Source: Octopus sinensis (lineage: Eukaryota). Taken from it: a stretch of 64,000 nucleotides of DNA. Positions 49,262-62,438 of the stretch are shown in pieces. Every line of letters starts with the position of its first letter. The stretch's first letter is position 1. The stretch spans positions 83,390,001 through 83,454,000 of the forward strand of contig NC_042998.1 of assembly GCF_006345805.1 (NCBI RefSeq), in the 5' to 3' direction. The notes beneath the pieces were generated by a model. The model was not told the origin of the DNA and searched no databases. It was given only the letters and a program-made list of their open reading frames with translations. The position numbers were made by a program, and so were the translations under genes.

Positions 49262-49642
49262 TTTACATTGTTTACATTATTTACATTTGACTGATATTTG
49301 TCCTCATTTTGCTTGTTATTAACACAATGTTTCGGCTGATATACTCTCCAACCTTCATCAGGTGTCTTGGGGAAATTTCAAACCTGGGTTCTCATTCCTA
49401 AGGTATTTTTCGATGTTATTATTATTATTATTATTATTATTCAGGTCACTGCTTGGAATTGAACTCAGAATCTTGGGGTTAGTAGCCCGCGCTCTCAACC
49501 ACTACACTATATACCCATGGGCATATGGCGTAGTGGTTAATAGCGCGGGTTACTAACCCCAAGCTTCCAAGTTCAATTCCAGGCAGTGACCTGAATAATA
49601 ATAATAATAATTATAATAATAATAATCATAATAATAATAATA

Positions 49643-49678
<36 letters not shown>

Positions 49679-50380
49679 GCCCTGATGCAGTACTGGACAG
49701 TGGCTCTCATGGCTTCTGATTTTAACTGATTGGAAGTGTTATCATGTACGTTGTTTTGTCTTGGTATAAAAGATGGACTACAGCAAATATTCTGATCAGT
49801 ATCACAGATTTGCTTGTCAGTTGATTGATCTTAACTATTTAAGCATGTCCTTTAGTGGCTGATGATATGTGCATCTCTGATCATGACCAGAAGTAGTGGG
49901 AGAGCATCATAGCTGAGTGTTGAAAGGAATTCTTGGAGGTTTTGATAATTCACCTTTGGAAACATGGGGTTTCATTCAACATCCTTAAACAATCCTTATT
50001 CAGGGACCTTTTGAGCAGGATGGGCTACTCGACCTGAAGAAAATTCTAACAGGGCCCCCACCTGCAAGGTCATGTGCTGTTTATCTTGATATGAGATCAC
50101 CATGTCGTGCACATATGGTTGTAATGCATGTGCCTGATGTATACTTATCAGATGAGTAGTCATGATGGGTATACTGGGCTTCGTATATTTTACTCCAGTG
50201 TCACTTTGATGGCATACACTGCTCTCTCACTCAATAATAATAATAATAATAACATTGAAAAATACCTTAGGAATGAGAACCCAGATGAAGAATGTGAACC
50301 CAGGATGAGGACAAATATCTGTCAAATGTAAATAATGTAAATAATGTACATAATTCCTCATCTCTTAAATATAGAACTGT
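49262..50380. mobile_element. Inverted dimer of the same element; right arm interrupted by a ~555-bp insertion in (AAT)n
   Basis: Left arm ~49262-49510 (minus); right arm ~49520-49677 plus 50233-50380. The end AATTCCTCATCTCTTAAATATAGAACTG matches the reverse complement of 21431-21458. Confidence 0.8.
49321..49366 (-). ncRNA. Minimal type-I hammerhead ribozyme-like motif
   Basis: Minus strand reads GACAC-CUGAUGA-A-GGUUG[gagaguauau]CAGCC-GAAA-CAUU-GUGUU: intact core, 5-bp stem II, stem I GACAC/GUGUU. The sibling copy at 21.5 kb has palindromic ACGU at stem III. Confidence 0.55.
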
Positions 50381-50740
50381 GGTACTTAATGTATCATCCC
50401 CGAAAGGATGGAAGGCAAAACTGACCTCAGCGGAATTTGAACTCAGAATGTAAAGACAGACAAAATACTGCTAAGCATTTCACACAGTGTGCTAATGTTT
50501 CTGCCAGCTTGCTGCTGGCATACTCCAATCTGATTTGGTATGGTTTCTATGGCTGGATGCCATTCCTAACACCAATCACTGTGGGAGTGTAATGGGTGCT
50601 TTTATGTGCCACTGGTACAGGTGCCATTTACACGACACCAGTATCTGTCACAGCTGCAATTTTGCTTAGCTTGATGGGTCTTCTTATCAAGCATGACATA
50701 ATGCCAAAAGGTCTCAGTCATTGCCTCTGTGATGACCAAC

Positions 50741-50960
50741 ACTTGAAAGGAACTCAGCCACTTTGCCTCCGTGAGGCTCAAAACTCGAAAGGAACTTAGC
50801 CACTTTGCCTCGATGAGGCCCAACACTCAAAAGGAACTCAACCATTTTGCCTCCATGAGGCCCAACATTTGAAAGAAATTGAGCCACTTCGCCTCCATGA
50901 GGCTCAATGCTCAAAAGGAACTCAGCCACTTTGCCTCCATGAGGTCCAATGCTCAAAAGG
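50741..50960. repeat. 42-bp minisatellite, ~5.2 copies
   Basis: Unit (A/G)CTCAAAAGGAACTCAGCCACTTTGCCTCCATGAGGCCCAA(C/T) at 50741, 50783, 50825, 50867, 50909 and 50951. Confidence 0.88.
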
Positions 50961-52274
50961 TGTCATAATTATTTCAAATTTTGACACAAAGCCAACAAGT
51001 TCAAGAGAGGGTTTAAATCAATAATGTCAACCCCAGCACTTAAGTGGTACTCATTTTACTGATCCTGAAAGGATGTAAAGCAAAGTCTTTTGATCATAGA
51101 TCATGTCAGTTAGATTTGAACTCAGAACATAGATGGAAAAAAATGCCACTTAGTATTTTGTTTGGCATGCTAACAGTTCTGCTAACCATTGCCCCACCAT
51201 CCCCGTATATTGACATCTGTATGAGTCTGTCTTGTCTTGCAGACAATAAAGATAGCACAGCCATAGTTTGAAATGTCAATCAAATCTCTTGTTTAATCAA
51301 CCAGTTTGGATCATAACTTTACTCAAGTGAAACTAAGTCTTAAGTAAACAACAACAGAGATATTTCTTGTAGAGTTAATACAACGTTACAAAGATTTTCT
51401 CTTTCTTTTCTCAGTTGCTTGCCTCCAATCCAACAGCGAGACCACTATGTAGCTATTCAAACTGCTAGAAATAAAAGCCAAATCTGAAAAGACCATTTTG
51501 ATAATATAAGGCCTACATGATCAGAGCAGGAATTTCTTATGTGCATCTCTATCTATCTAAATATCTGTTTATCTCTTTGTCTGTCTGTCTGTCGGTCTGG
51601 CTGGCTGGTTGAGTCTGTTTATCTGTCTGTCTGTCCAACTACCTATCTATGCACATACATACATAATACATCTATCCATCCATACAAACACACACAGATG
51701 CACAAGACAGAATAAATCTCCCATTCAGTTAATGTTGTGAAACAACACTTAGCTAAACGACACCAAATATTTGTTCATCTGACGGACTAGAATGTTTTGT
51801 TCTTTGTGTTCTCCTGTGTCTAACAAAGCACAACTATTCTGTTTAGGTCTAAGTATCCAACACTTCACTATGGAATGAAATCAAATACAAAATCTATTAT
51901 AAACAAAACATTGTTTATATTATTTATGTGACTCTGAATTAGATATTTTAAATTAAGTTGTTAGACAATGTATGAGGGCTTAGCAAGAAATCGTCAAACA
52001 ACCACACAGATGATTTGTTCATAGTGACCAAATGTTTGTGTTCACATAAGCTAAATCCTTCCATCAAATTGACATTATCTGAACAGGTGCACCATGTGTC
52101 ACATGTCAGATGACGAAATGATGGCAGTGCAATGTGAAATGAAGTGCTTTGCTCAAAAACACAAAGCAACAAACAGTCTGGGAATTGAACCTACAAGCTC
52201 ACATTCGTGAGTGCAACACACTAACCACTAAGCCATGCACATTCACATACACACACACACACACACACACACAG

Positions 52275-52308
<34 letters not shown>

Positions 52309-52324
52309 ATATATATATATATGA

Positions 52325-52842
52325 TGGATTCTCTTGTTGTGAATGACAAATGAGGGTTCAGTAAAATAAAGTAATAATCATGTTCTTGGGACAGGCATGG
52401 GTCTCTTAATGTCTGCTGGTGCCTTGCAAACCTTTTGGAAAATGGAATAAGTTGAGGACTCAATTTGCTTGAGTGCTTGTGGATCATTTACTATGTGTTC
52501 TCTTGAATGGACGGCAAGGCCTACTTTGCTTCATGCCACAAAACCACAATGACAGAATTTTGCCAGCATACCTTCATCCTTGCATGGTTCCAATGTTGGA
52601 GTCAACTTAGCTCAAATCTTTGAACTGAGGAGAAGCAAGACTGGCACCAGGTCTTGCATCCTAATGCTTTGTTTTCCCAGGAAGAAAAAGAATGCTGCAT
52701 CGCTTCAGATTGTCTTTTAGTTTGTCTTTGAAGTGCAACAGTGGCCTTTCAACTGAACTACCTGTTGGGAATTGGCCAAAGAGAAGTTGCTTCGGAATTC
52801 TGATATCACTCATACATGAGAGATGACTGGATCATTTAAGCT
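52325..52842 (-). mobile_element. RTE LINE 3' fragment
   Basis: Minus strand: HLSCMSDIRIPKQLLFGQFPTGSSVERPLLHFKDKLKDNLKRC, typical of the RTE ORF C-terminus. Confidence 0.72.
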
Positions 52843-54102
52843 ATATATATATATATATTATATATATATATATATATATCATCATCCTCATCATTGTCAT
52901 GGGTTGAATGGTTTGACTGAGGTGTGGCAAATTTCTACAGCTGCATGCCCTTCCTAACGCCAACCACTCCAAGAGTGTAATGGGCGACCAGTCAGGCAGC
53001 ACTGGCATCAAGCACACTCAAATGGTGCTTTTTATGTGCCACCAGCATGGAAGCCAGTCATGCATTTATGTATATATACATATGTATGTATTTTGTATAC
53101 ATATATATAGGGAGAGTTTACGAAAAAAACAACAACAGACGAAGACAGGTGGTGTACAAAACAAACAGATGTATTAGTATAAAGCTCAGGAATAGAAAAA
53201 GTCTTTTATCTTTTGTTTTATTTTACCTGTTTCAGTCATTAGACTGTGGCCATGCTAGGGCACCACCTTGAATTTTTAGTTGAAATGAGTCAACTCCATT
53301 ACTTATACTTTCTTAAGCCTGGTTTCTTATTCTATCAGTCTCTTTTGCCAAACTGCTAAGTTACAGGGACATTAACACACCAACACTGGTTGTCAAGCAG
53401 TGATGGCAACAAACACAGACACAAAGACGCACACACACACACACACATGCGCACACGCACTCACATATATACATGACGGGCTTCTTTCAGTTTCTGTCTA
53501 CCAAATCCACTCAGCCCAAGGCTATAGTAGAATACTCTTGCTGAAGGTGCCATGCAGTGAGACTGAACCCAGAAACATGTGGTTGGGAAGCAAGCTTCTT
53601 ACCACGCAGCCACTCCTTCACCTAGATGGATACCAAAACTTAACTCATACCTTATTTTATCACCCTGGGAAACAAAAGCCAGTCTTAACCTCAGTGAGAT
53701 TTGAACTCAGAATGTGGATGGTTGTAATTCTCTTCCAGTATACATTTTAGTTCCAGCTCCAACAATGCTTTCAATAAACCAGTGTTACTATATATGTATA
53801 TATATCTGACATTGGTATAAATCCACTTGATGTGGACAAGGGTGAGCTGATTATATGAACTCCAGTATATGACTGGTACTTTCTTTTGCAGACACTGTGT
53901 ATGAATGAAAGGCTAAGATGACCTCAGCAGGAATGGAACTCAGAACTTTAAGAAGACAATTTATATGCAGCTCTGATAATTCTACAAATCCGCTATCTTT
54001 GCCAAGTAAATAGTAAAACGTTTGCCAAAGACAATCTCACTATGAGCATTTGTTGAAGTGAGAGAGAGGAGAGGGAGAGAGGGAGACTCTGTGTGTGTGT
54101 GT

Positions 54103-54181
<79 letters not shown>

Positions 54182-56125
54182 AAGAGGGAAAGAAAGAGTG
54201 TGTTTGTGTAAGAGAGAAAGAGGGAGAGAGGGAGCATGTGTAGTGTGAGTGTCTAGAGTATGAAACTAGAAAGAGATGGTTAGTGGTTTCCAGCCAAATT
54301 CTGAAACCAGTGACCTAATATTCTTAATCATTATTAATGCACTTATTGATGATTTATTTCAAACTTTGGCACAAAACCATAAATTTCCAAGGAAGGAGGT
54401 TATTTTTTCCATGTGTTTGTCAGGGAAAGAGATATAATCAACATGACCTTCACTGGTTTCGTCAGGTGAGTGAGATCATGAGGAAGTCCTTCCATGTGAT
54501 AGGTGATAACCTTCTCGACATATCTTCATAATATTCAAGACCATGTGGGTTAAATGGTCGCTTGACCTATCCTATCAGATACAGAAGTCAAATTTCCCTC
54601 AAATCACAACCTTAAAGTCACAGAATCCTTTCTACTATAGGCACAAGGCCTGAAATTTGGGGAAGCAGGATAGTCAATCACATCAACGCCAGTACTCAAC
54701 TGGTACTTAATTTATCAACCCCAAAAGGACGAAAGGCAAAGCTGACCTTGGTGAAATTTGAACTCTGAATGTAGTGGCAGACAAAATACCTATTTCTTTA
54801 CTACCCACAAGGGGCTAAACACAGAGAGGACAAACAAGGACAGACGAACGGATTAAGTCGATTATATCGACCCCAGTGCATAACTGGTACTTATTTGATC
54901 GACCCCGAAAGGATGAAAGGCAAAGTCGACCTCGGTGGAATTTGAACTCAAAACTTAGTGGCAGACGAAATACCACTAAGCATTTCACCTGGCATGCTAA
55001 CGATTCTGCCAGCTTGCTACCTTATTAAAGTCACAGAATCAAAAGAGTGGTGACTCTGATTCAGTTATTTGTATCATGGTTTTTTTTTTATGAGTAAAAT
55101 AATTTCATTTTCAACATATCTGCCTACCATTGCTATGAGGACATATCACAAATCGGAATGTCTTGCAGCTATAACAAACATGCCATTCTTTAGCCATCAT
55201 CACCCACCCCACCTCCTAACACTGCTAAATTTAGTTCTTTATGTGACTGTCATTGTTACCCATTCATACTAAGATTTTTTTTAAAAAGCCAATGAATAAT
55301 TCTTTCTCCTGGAAGCACATGGCCCCAAATTTGGAGAAGGGATTAAGTCGATTACATCGACCCCAATGGTACTTATTTAATCGACCCTGAAAGGATGAAA
55401 GGCAAAGTCGACTTTGGCAGAATTTGAACTCAGGATATAATGACAGACGAAATACCACGAAGCATTTCTCCTGGCATGCTAATGATTCTGCCAGCTCACC
55501 ACATTAAGAAACCAATGAATAATAATGCACAAATATTGTATTTCAGGGAAAGGGCTAAATTTTATTTATGATGTATCCCAAAGTCAATTCAGCAATAAAT
55601 AGTAGTTTATGATATTAATGTATCATAATAGCTTGTAATATGGTGGTGAGCTGGCAGAACCATTACAATACTGGACATTAATGGCTTTGTATTTTTTGTA
55701 AGCCAAACCGCTAAGTTTTCTGAACATAAACACACCAACACCAGTTGTAAAGTGATGGTGGGGGTGGGGGACAAACACAAGTGCAAAAACCCAAACACAA
55801 CAGGCTTCTTTTAATTTCCATCTACCAAATCTACTCACAAGGCTTTGGTTGACCTGAGGCTATAGTAGAAGTGCTGTCAATGTTGACTTCACTCGTAATT
55901 CCTTTGGCATCTACAAAACCAGTGCTAGTTGACCATTAAGGGTCAATGTTAACAACCTTGCCTCCCCTCAAAATTTCTGGCCCCGTACCAAAATTAAAAG
56001 TATTATAATAACTTATGATGTCATGTATAATGAAGTATTAACTTTGAAATACTTCACCAATTAAGGTTTATCTGCTTATTTCTCGATGCTGCTACTGTTG
56101 CGTTTTAATCTAAACAATTTGAACG

Positions 56126-56495
56126 GGAGTGGCTGTGTGGTAAGAAGCGTGCTTCCCAACCGAATGGTTCCGGATTCAGTTCCACTGCATGGTATCTTGG
56201 GCAAGTGTCTTCTACTATAGCCTTATGCCAACCAAAGTCTTGTGAGTAGATTTGGTAGACAGAAACTGAAAGAAGCCCTTTGTGTGTGTGTCTTTGTGCC
56301 TGTGTTTGTCCCCGCCACCATCGCTTGAAACCGATGTTGGTGTGTTTATGTCCCTGAAACTTAGTGGTTCAGCAAGAGAGGCCAATAAAAAAAGTACTAG
56401 GCTTACAAAGAACAATTCCTGGGCACAATTTGTAAGACTAAAGGCAGTGCTCCAGCATAGCCACAGTCAAATGACTGAAATGTGTAATAGAGTAA
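56126..56495 (+). mobile_element. SINE family A
   Basis: Collinear with 31534-31928. Other copies or fragments at ~3280-3570, 4460-4770(-), 4878-5215, 5445-5766 plus 7859-8070, 8100-8362(-), 39686-40628(-), 47165-47345, 47500-47852(-), 53215-53615(-). Confidence 0.82.
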
Positions 56496-57362
56496 ATGAG
56501 TAAGCCTTGTTTTGTCTAAAATAATCTCCTAAATGGAGAAGTGGTACAATACTTCATCCCTCCATCCATGGCCAATCTACTTAATCTACAGCATCTCAGT
56601 CATCCTAGATTTTTTTCTTTCAACTCTTCAAAGCTTAATGGCTGTATAACAGTTTTGTTATACATGTCTGTACTAGCATTAGTTTAACACACATTTTTAA
56701 TCCCAAAATAGGCTCGAATGACACAGTAAGTTTACAGCTCTATTCGGTCTGTGATTGGCTACATAAACAGGCTCTCTCTACTACGTCCAATTGTCACTTT
56801 TATAAATTGAGTTCCTTCACTTTGTTTTTCTAAGGGCTCCTAGCTTGTATTGGGTTGTCTGGAAAGTTCGTATCAATTTATAGTAGCTTATCTTTCGACT
56901 TACCTTTTGGTGGTGGTGGTGGTGGTGATGATGATGATGATGATGATAATGATGATGATGATCACCATCATCATCATCAATCTCAATATTACTTGTGCGG
57001 TAAAATAAAAGTTTACTATTAAGTGTTTGCATGGTGTTGTTACATCATTCACACTCAGTTACATATGAATAACATCCAAGCAATAGATATCAAGAAGAAG
57101 TGTGGTTCATCACTGGAAACAACATCAAGTCTTCACAAGAAGATTTTGCTGGGATCAGAGTCAGTGAACAAAGAAATTTGAAAGTGAGGTATGTAATGCT
57201 GGATTATAAGAAAACACAGATTCTGTAATGCATTTCACCCATCAGAGACAGAGAGGCAATTTACTCATAGCTGAGCAGCAGTAGCTCAGGTAAAGGACAA
57301 AGATTACAATGCTTGGAGGTAATTCACTCATCCCTATAAATTAAAGAGATTTACCCAGCTCA

Positions 57363-57997
57363 GAAGACCCGACAAGCCAAGTGAGACCATAACCTGTGGC
57401 CTATGCCAGAGGGTGTAACCAGCCCACTTATGAGTACCCCTCATTCACTGGACAATAAACTTTGCTTGCGAAGACCTATTGAGGCAAGTGGAATCAAAAT
57501 CAAAATCACTGACGTGGCTGATGACATGCCTGATTGGCACTCGTGCCAGTGGAATGTTAAAATCACATCACAGTTGCCAGAGCCACTGATTGGCTCCTGT
57601 GCCAGTGGCATGTAAAAAGCACCATTCAAGTGTGATCGTTGCCAGCATCGCCTTACCGGCACATGTGCTAGTGGCACGTGAAAAACAACATTTGAGCGTG
57701 GTCGTTGCCAGTGCTGCCAGACTGGCTCCTGTGCAGGTAGCATGTAAAAAACAACTTTTGATTGTGGTCATTGCCAGAAACGCCTGTCTGGCCCTCATGC
57801 CGTTGGCACGTAAAAGCACCCAATACACTCTTGGAGTGGTTGGCATTAGGAAGGGCATCCAGCTATAGAAGCTTTGCCAGATCAGACTGGAGCTTGGTGC
57901 AGCCTTCTGGCTCGCCAGTCCTCAGTCAAACCATCCAATTCATGTCAGTATGGAAACCGGACGTTAAAAAACGATAACTACAATGATGATGATGATG
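57363..57997 (+). mobile_element. RTE-LINE 3' fragment
   Basis: GAAGACCCGACAAGCCAAGTGAGACCATAACC... collinear with 36515-37066; (GAT)n tail. Confidence 0.85.
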
Positions 57998-58254
57998 TAT
58001 CTTTTGTTAAGCCAATCATCTGTAATGCGAAGGAGGCATCCATGCTTCAGCCAGCCTGCAAGCTCCCCTGCCTCCTAAACTCAAGTCAGTTGATTTTGTC
58101 CTTTGCAGAAAGAATCTCCAGCAAGTTTGAGGAATCCTCCTTGCTTTTATTCTTAAATACTATTAATCTATGGACCCCAACACATGAAGGGCCTACATTT
58201 TCTTCCACTTTACGATCAGCCACAGAATGTACACGTTAGGTAAATCTCCTTCTT

Positions 58255-58264
58255 CATACCTATC

Positions 58265-58327
<63 letters not shown>

Positions 58328-58369
58328 GTCAGTCTGTCTTGTCTACATATCTATCTATCTATCTATCTA

Positions 58370-58417
<48 letters not shown>

Positions 58418-58423
58418 ATATAG

Positions 58424-58468
<45 letters not shown>

Positions 58469-58770
58469 CTTGCTTTTTAACTATCCATCTGTGCATCCAT
58501 CCATCCATCCATCCATCTATCTATCTATACAAACATACATGCATACATACATACAGGCACACATACACACACATACACAAACCAGATGCCAAAGCATATT
58601 CAGCCATCACAAACCAATGATTGGAATTGATAATGTTTGTTCCATTAGCTTCAAACAATGACACTCAAAACCTAACCTAGCTATCCTCCCAGAACTCTTC
58701 ACTCCCTCTCTCTCTCTCTCCCTTTCTCTCTCTCTCTCCCTTTCTCTCTCTCTCTCTCTCTCTCTCTCAT
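58255..58770. repeat. Compound microsatellite (TATC, TC, TA, CATC, TC)
   Basis: Direct inspection. Confidence 0.9.
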
Positions 58771-58789
58771 CCTTGGTATCTATCTTTGG

Positions 58790-58930
58790 AAACATACTAC
58801 ACTTCAGGAACATATTGCATCCTATCCTTCTTCCCCAGGATATATTTCCCCACTGGAATTCTCTTCCTGTTCATATCTTTCCTGCGGCAGCCAACCTGCT
58901 GCAGCTATTTGAGAGGAACATTACCCATGT
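58790..58930 (+). mobile_element. CR1/L2-like LINE ORF2 terminal fragment
   Basis: SFFPR / HWNSLPVHIFP..NL.LF motif; a similar antisense relic lies near 16080-16200. Confidence 0.5.
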
Positions 58931-58949
58931 TGGCTTACCAGATTCTCAC

Positions 58950-60165
58950 CAGATGGTGCTGGTGGAGGTAGCTGTGATGTTTGTGGGGATGGCAATGGCA
59001 ATGATGGTGGGAATGGTTGGGAAGGTGGTGGTGGTGGTTATGGCGGCGGCGGCGGCGGCGATGGTGGCAGTGGTGGTAGTGATGGTGGTGGTCATTATCG
59101 TCGTCGTCGTCATCTTGGTGGTGGTGGTGGTGGTGGTGGTGATAGTGGAGGTAACGGTGGTGGTGGTGGTGGTGGTGGTGGTGATGGTGCTGCTGCTAGT
59201 TAAGGTAATAGTAATGATGGTGGCGATGGTGGTGATGAACGTATTGGTTGTGAGGATGGTGATGGTGGTGATGGTGGTGATGATGATGATGATGATGGTG
59301 GTTGGAAACATTCCAGAAATATTGAAGGTAAAAAAAGACAAAACAAAAACAAAAAGAAAGACAAAAGCAATCGTTGAATAATTTCCTTCCATGTTGGCAC
59401 TACTTAACAGCTAACAGGATGTTTGTTACTGTTGTTGTTTAACCCAAGGTCAGCCTTGAATCAGAAAACCTTTGGTGAAAGGCATTCCAATCATGACCAC
59501 ACCATTCTTTTTAAGAAGGCTACCCAACTCTGGACTATATATACGTTTTTTTTTTTGTTTCTTTTCTTTTCTAAGACAATAAGACGTAATTTAGGAGATT
59601 TGGCTGCTATTTCTAGCGATTAAATGAGGCTTCTTCTTTGGCTTGCAGCCGATGTTTAGTCGGTCTTAGTGACCTAACAACAACAACAGCAGCAACAACA
59701 AAATGAAGAATTGTTAATGCCTTAGTTTCACATGGGAAGCGATGAAGAGATGTGCTGATGGCCTTTGCAGACTGGTAAGGTCGGACCCCCATCACCAGCA
59801 TTAACTTCCCCTGCATCATCACCACAATAACGATCATCGTCACCATGACTACCATTTACGTCACCATCATCGTCACCCATGCCATCAGCATGACCGCTAC
59901 TGCCATCACCTCCCTCATCGTTGTTGCCATTGCCACCCTCAGCACCCTCCCCTCCACCACCACCACTACCTTCACGACAATCACCATTGTCGCCACCAAC
60001 TCAACCATCACTACCTTTCTCAGTACCAGCACCATCACCATCATCATATACACCACTATCAGCACCATCACCGCCATCACCAGCATCGCCACCAGTTCCA
60101 TAAACAACACCATCATCACCGCCTTCATTCAACATCATCTCCCTAACTACCACCACCACCACTGT
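58950..60165. repeat. Low-complexity (GGT/GAT)n tract 58950-59300 and complementary (CAC/CAT)n tract 59810-60165
   Basis: Direct inspection; source of the Val/Thr-rich spurious ORFs. Confidence 0.85.
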
Positions 60166-60399
60166 TACCACTCTTGTGTTGTGTCATACAGTGTGTTTTT
60201 CTTCTTCCAGATCTTCGCTGAAGTATGCGAGTCCAGTGTTTCTGGGTCCCCATGAGAGATCGTCAGGCAGTGATTGCTTCTTGAAAAAACAAATCACTGC
60301 TAATCTGCAGGAGGTCACTTCAGTTTTGAGTATTTTGGTTGAAGCATTTGCTTGTAATTATTGTTGAGCAGACGCTGCCTGATTGATATCATACAGCAC

Positions 60400-60819
60400 C
60401 AGTGCTGGATTAACCATTAAGTATAATAATCACAAGCTTAGGACACCAAGGGAAGATAAAAAAAACCACAGAAATGGTAAATGGTTTCTGACACAAACGA
60501 AATCACTTTAAAGTGGCTAAAATAATATCCAAAGTGATATATATGATCAGAAATACAATTCTGAAGAGTTCGTGATGTCATAGTGGGGATCTGATCAAAA
60601 ACTTTGCCAAAAAAAAAGGAGAAAGCTTTTCATCTGTAAATAAAGTGGAAGTATACAAAAATAAACATTATTTTCCATCTTATTCTTAGTTTTGTTTCAT
60701 TTTGAAAAATAAAAATTTATTTTATGGTTTATTATTGTTTATAATTCGAATTACATATATATGACGACATCAAAATCTTTTAAGTGCTTAGGGCCTCTAT
60801 GGGTTTTAATCTGGCCATG
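60400..60819. mobile_element. Degenerate hAT-type MITE
   Basis: Imperfect TIRs CAGTGCTGGATTAA / TTAATCTGGCCATG; only a partial flanking duplication (CAGCA). Confidence 0.5.
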
Positions 60820-61178
60820 TCAGCATTGATCTTAAGCTACTTCTTCCCTCCTTCTGAGAAAGAGTTTGTCAATATATCAGCTTCTGCGGAAATTTTGGAA
60901 ATTTGCAATTGATGTCACGATCTTGTGGTTCTTAATGTCTATAGAGCGAGCTTCCTCAGTAGACCACTCAAGTCTCCTAAATTTTGGTGTTCTACAAATG
61001 CATTATGGTATGTTATTTTGTTGTAAGAGGAAAGCTCTGACCACCATATCTTCTTTAAAATGTCATAATATTCCTTGGTTACTCTGTCTCTGTTCACAAC
61101 ACCCAATGCCTAGGTTTTTACAGCATTTATTATGTAGAACAAAGGTGACAGAGAGCTCATAGATGCACAGTTTTTCTA

Positions 61179-61577
61179 ATGCAGCGAGCTGGCAGAAACG
61201 TTAGCAAGCCGGGCGAAATGCGTAGCCGTATTTCGTCTGCCGTTACGTTCTGAGTTCAAATTCCGCCGAGGTCGACTTTGCCTTTCATCCTTTCGGGGTC
61301 GATTAAATAAGTACCAGTTACGCACTGGGGTCGATGTAATCGACTTAATCCGTTTGTCTGTCCTTGTTTGTCCTCTCTGTGTTTAGCCCCTTGTGGGTAG
61401 TAAAGAAATAGGTATTTCGTCTGTTTTTATGTTCTGAGTTAAAATTCCGTCGAGGTCGACTTTGCTTTTCATCCTTTTGGGGTCGATATATTAAGTACCA
61501 GTTGTGTACTGGAGTCGATTTAATCGACTGACACGCTCCCTAAAAATTTCGGGCTTTGTGCCTAGAGTAGAAAAGAA
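61179..61577 (+). mobile_element. Young dimeric SINE, family C, with 18-bp TSD
   Basis: GCGAGCTGGCAGAAACGTTAGC...GAGTTCAAATTCC...GCCTTTCATCCTTTCGGGGTCGAT module present twice. TSD AGATGCACAGTTTTTCTA at 61161-61178 and 61578-61595. Relatives at 33572-33802, 46622-47100, 54630-55015(-), 55320-55500(-). Confidence 0.88.
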
Positions 61578-62169
61578 AGATGCACAGTTTTTCTATCTTA
61601 GGTATAAACATCCCTAAATCGGCTCCATTTCTATATCTGCAGAAAATGAAACTAAATCTAACAGTTTCTCAGCATTGTAAATACTCCAAGTACAGATTTC
61701 TACGCCATCCACAAAAAAGTTATGAGTTACATAAAAGTTTGGATTTTCGTAAGAGATACAAAAGTGAATTTAGGTTTCGAAATAAACAGACGCACAGACA
61801 GACTGTCACTTTGGAATATTCTCCAAGAAATATAAAATAGGAAATAATCATTCCATTTTCAGTTATAAGTGTATAGGCGAGATCTTTGTAAGCCTTTTAG
61901 TGGAAGCAACTAAGACAATAGGTACTTTTACCTATTCTACTAACTTGACGTTGATGTATGGAATCGAATGCCTTTCAGTAATCTGTCATAAGGTTTCTGC
62001 CGTGTTTTCCCACTTCAAACAGCACAGCTCTATTTATTAGACACTTGTTCACCGCGTCTTCCACCTACTTGCTCATTTGTGATTATACCATTAGAATCGC
62101 AATGCTATTGAAGGAATTGGTTCAAGCAGTTGTGTACAGTTTGAACAAGTGTAGGTATACCACAGGCTT

Positions 62170-62438
62170 ATGCCATGTCAGCACAAATGTCGTTGGAGGC
62201 TAATCATTTTTTTCTTCAGGTAACTGATAACACCACGATACCAAATTTTGTCCATTTTCAAGAGAAGTCACTACAAGTTACTTTTGAAGTGTTCTTTGAA
62301 CAGTCAGATGTCAGTTTACCTGAAAAGAAACGATGCAGTTATTAGTAAGGAGAGTTTGAAATTAATGTATGCAAAATTTCACAGCTCTAGCATCACTTCT
62401 TCATAGCCAGCCTACGAACGTTTTAGCCCACTCTTGTA
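62170..62438 (-). mobile_element. Mariner transposon 5' relic (TIR, 5' UTR, transposase N-terminus)
   Basis: Minus-strand TIR-like TACAAGAGTGGGCTAAAACGTTCGTAGGC; ATG at 62255 gives MDKIWYRGVISYLKKK*LASNDICADMA, resembling a mariner HTH start. Confidence 0.68.

Noticed and set aside
58773-60255. Long Val/Met- and Thr-rich ORFs (202, 148 and 136 aa) resembling mucins or membrane proteins
   Set aside because: Translations of trinucleotide low-complexity tracts, with no splice or homology support
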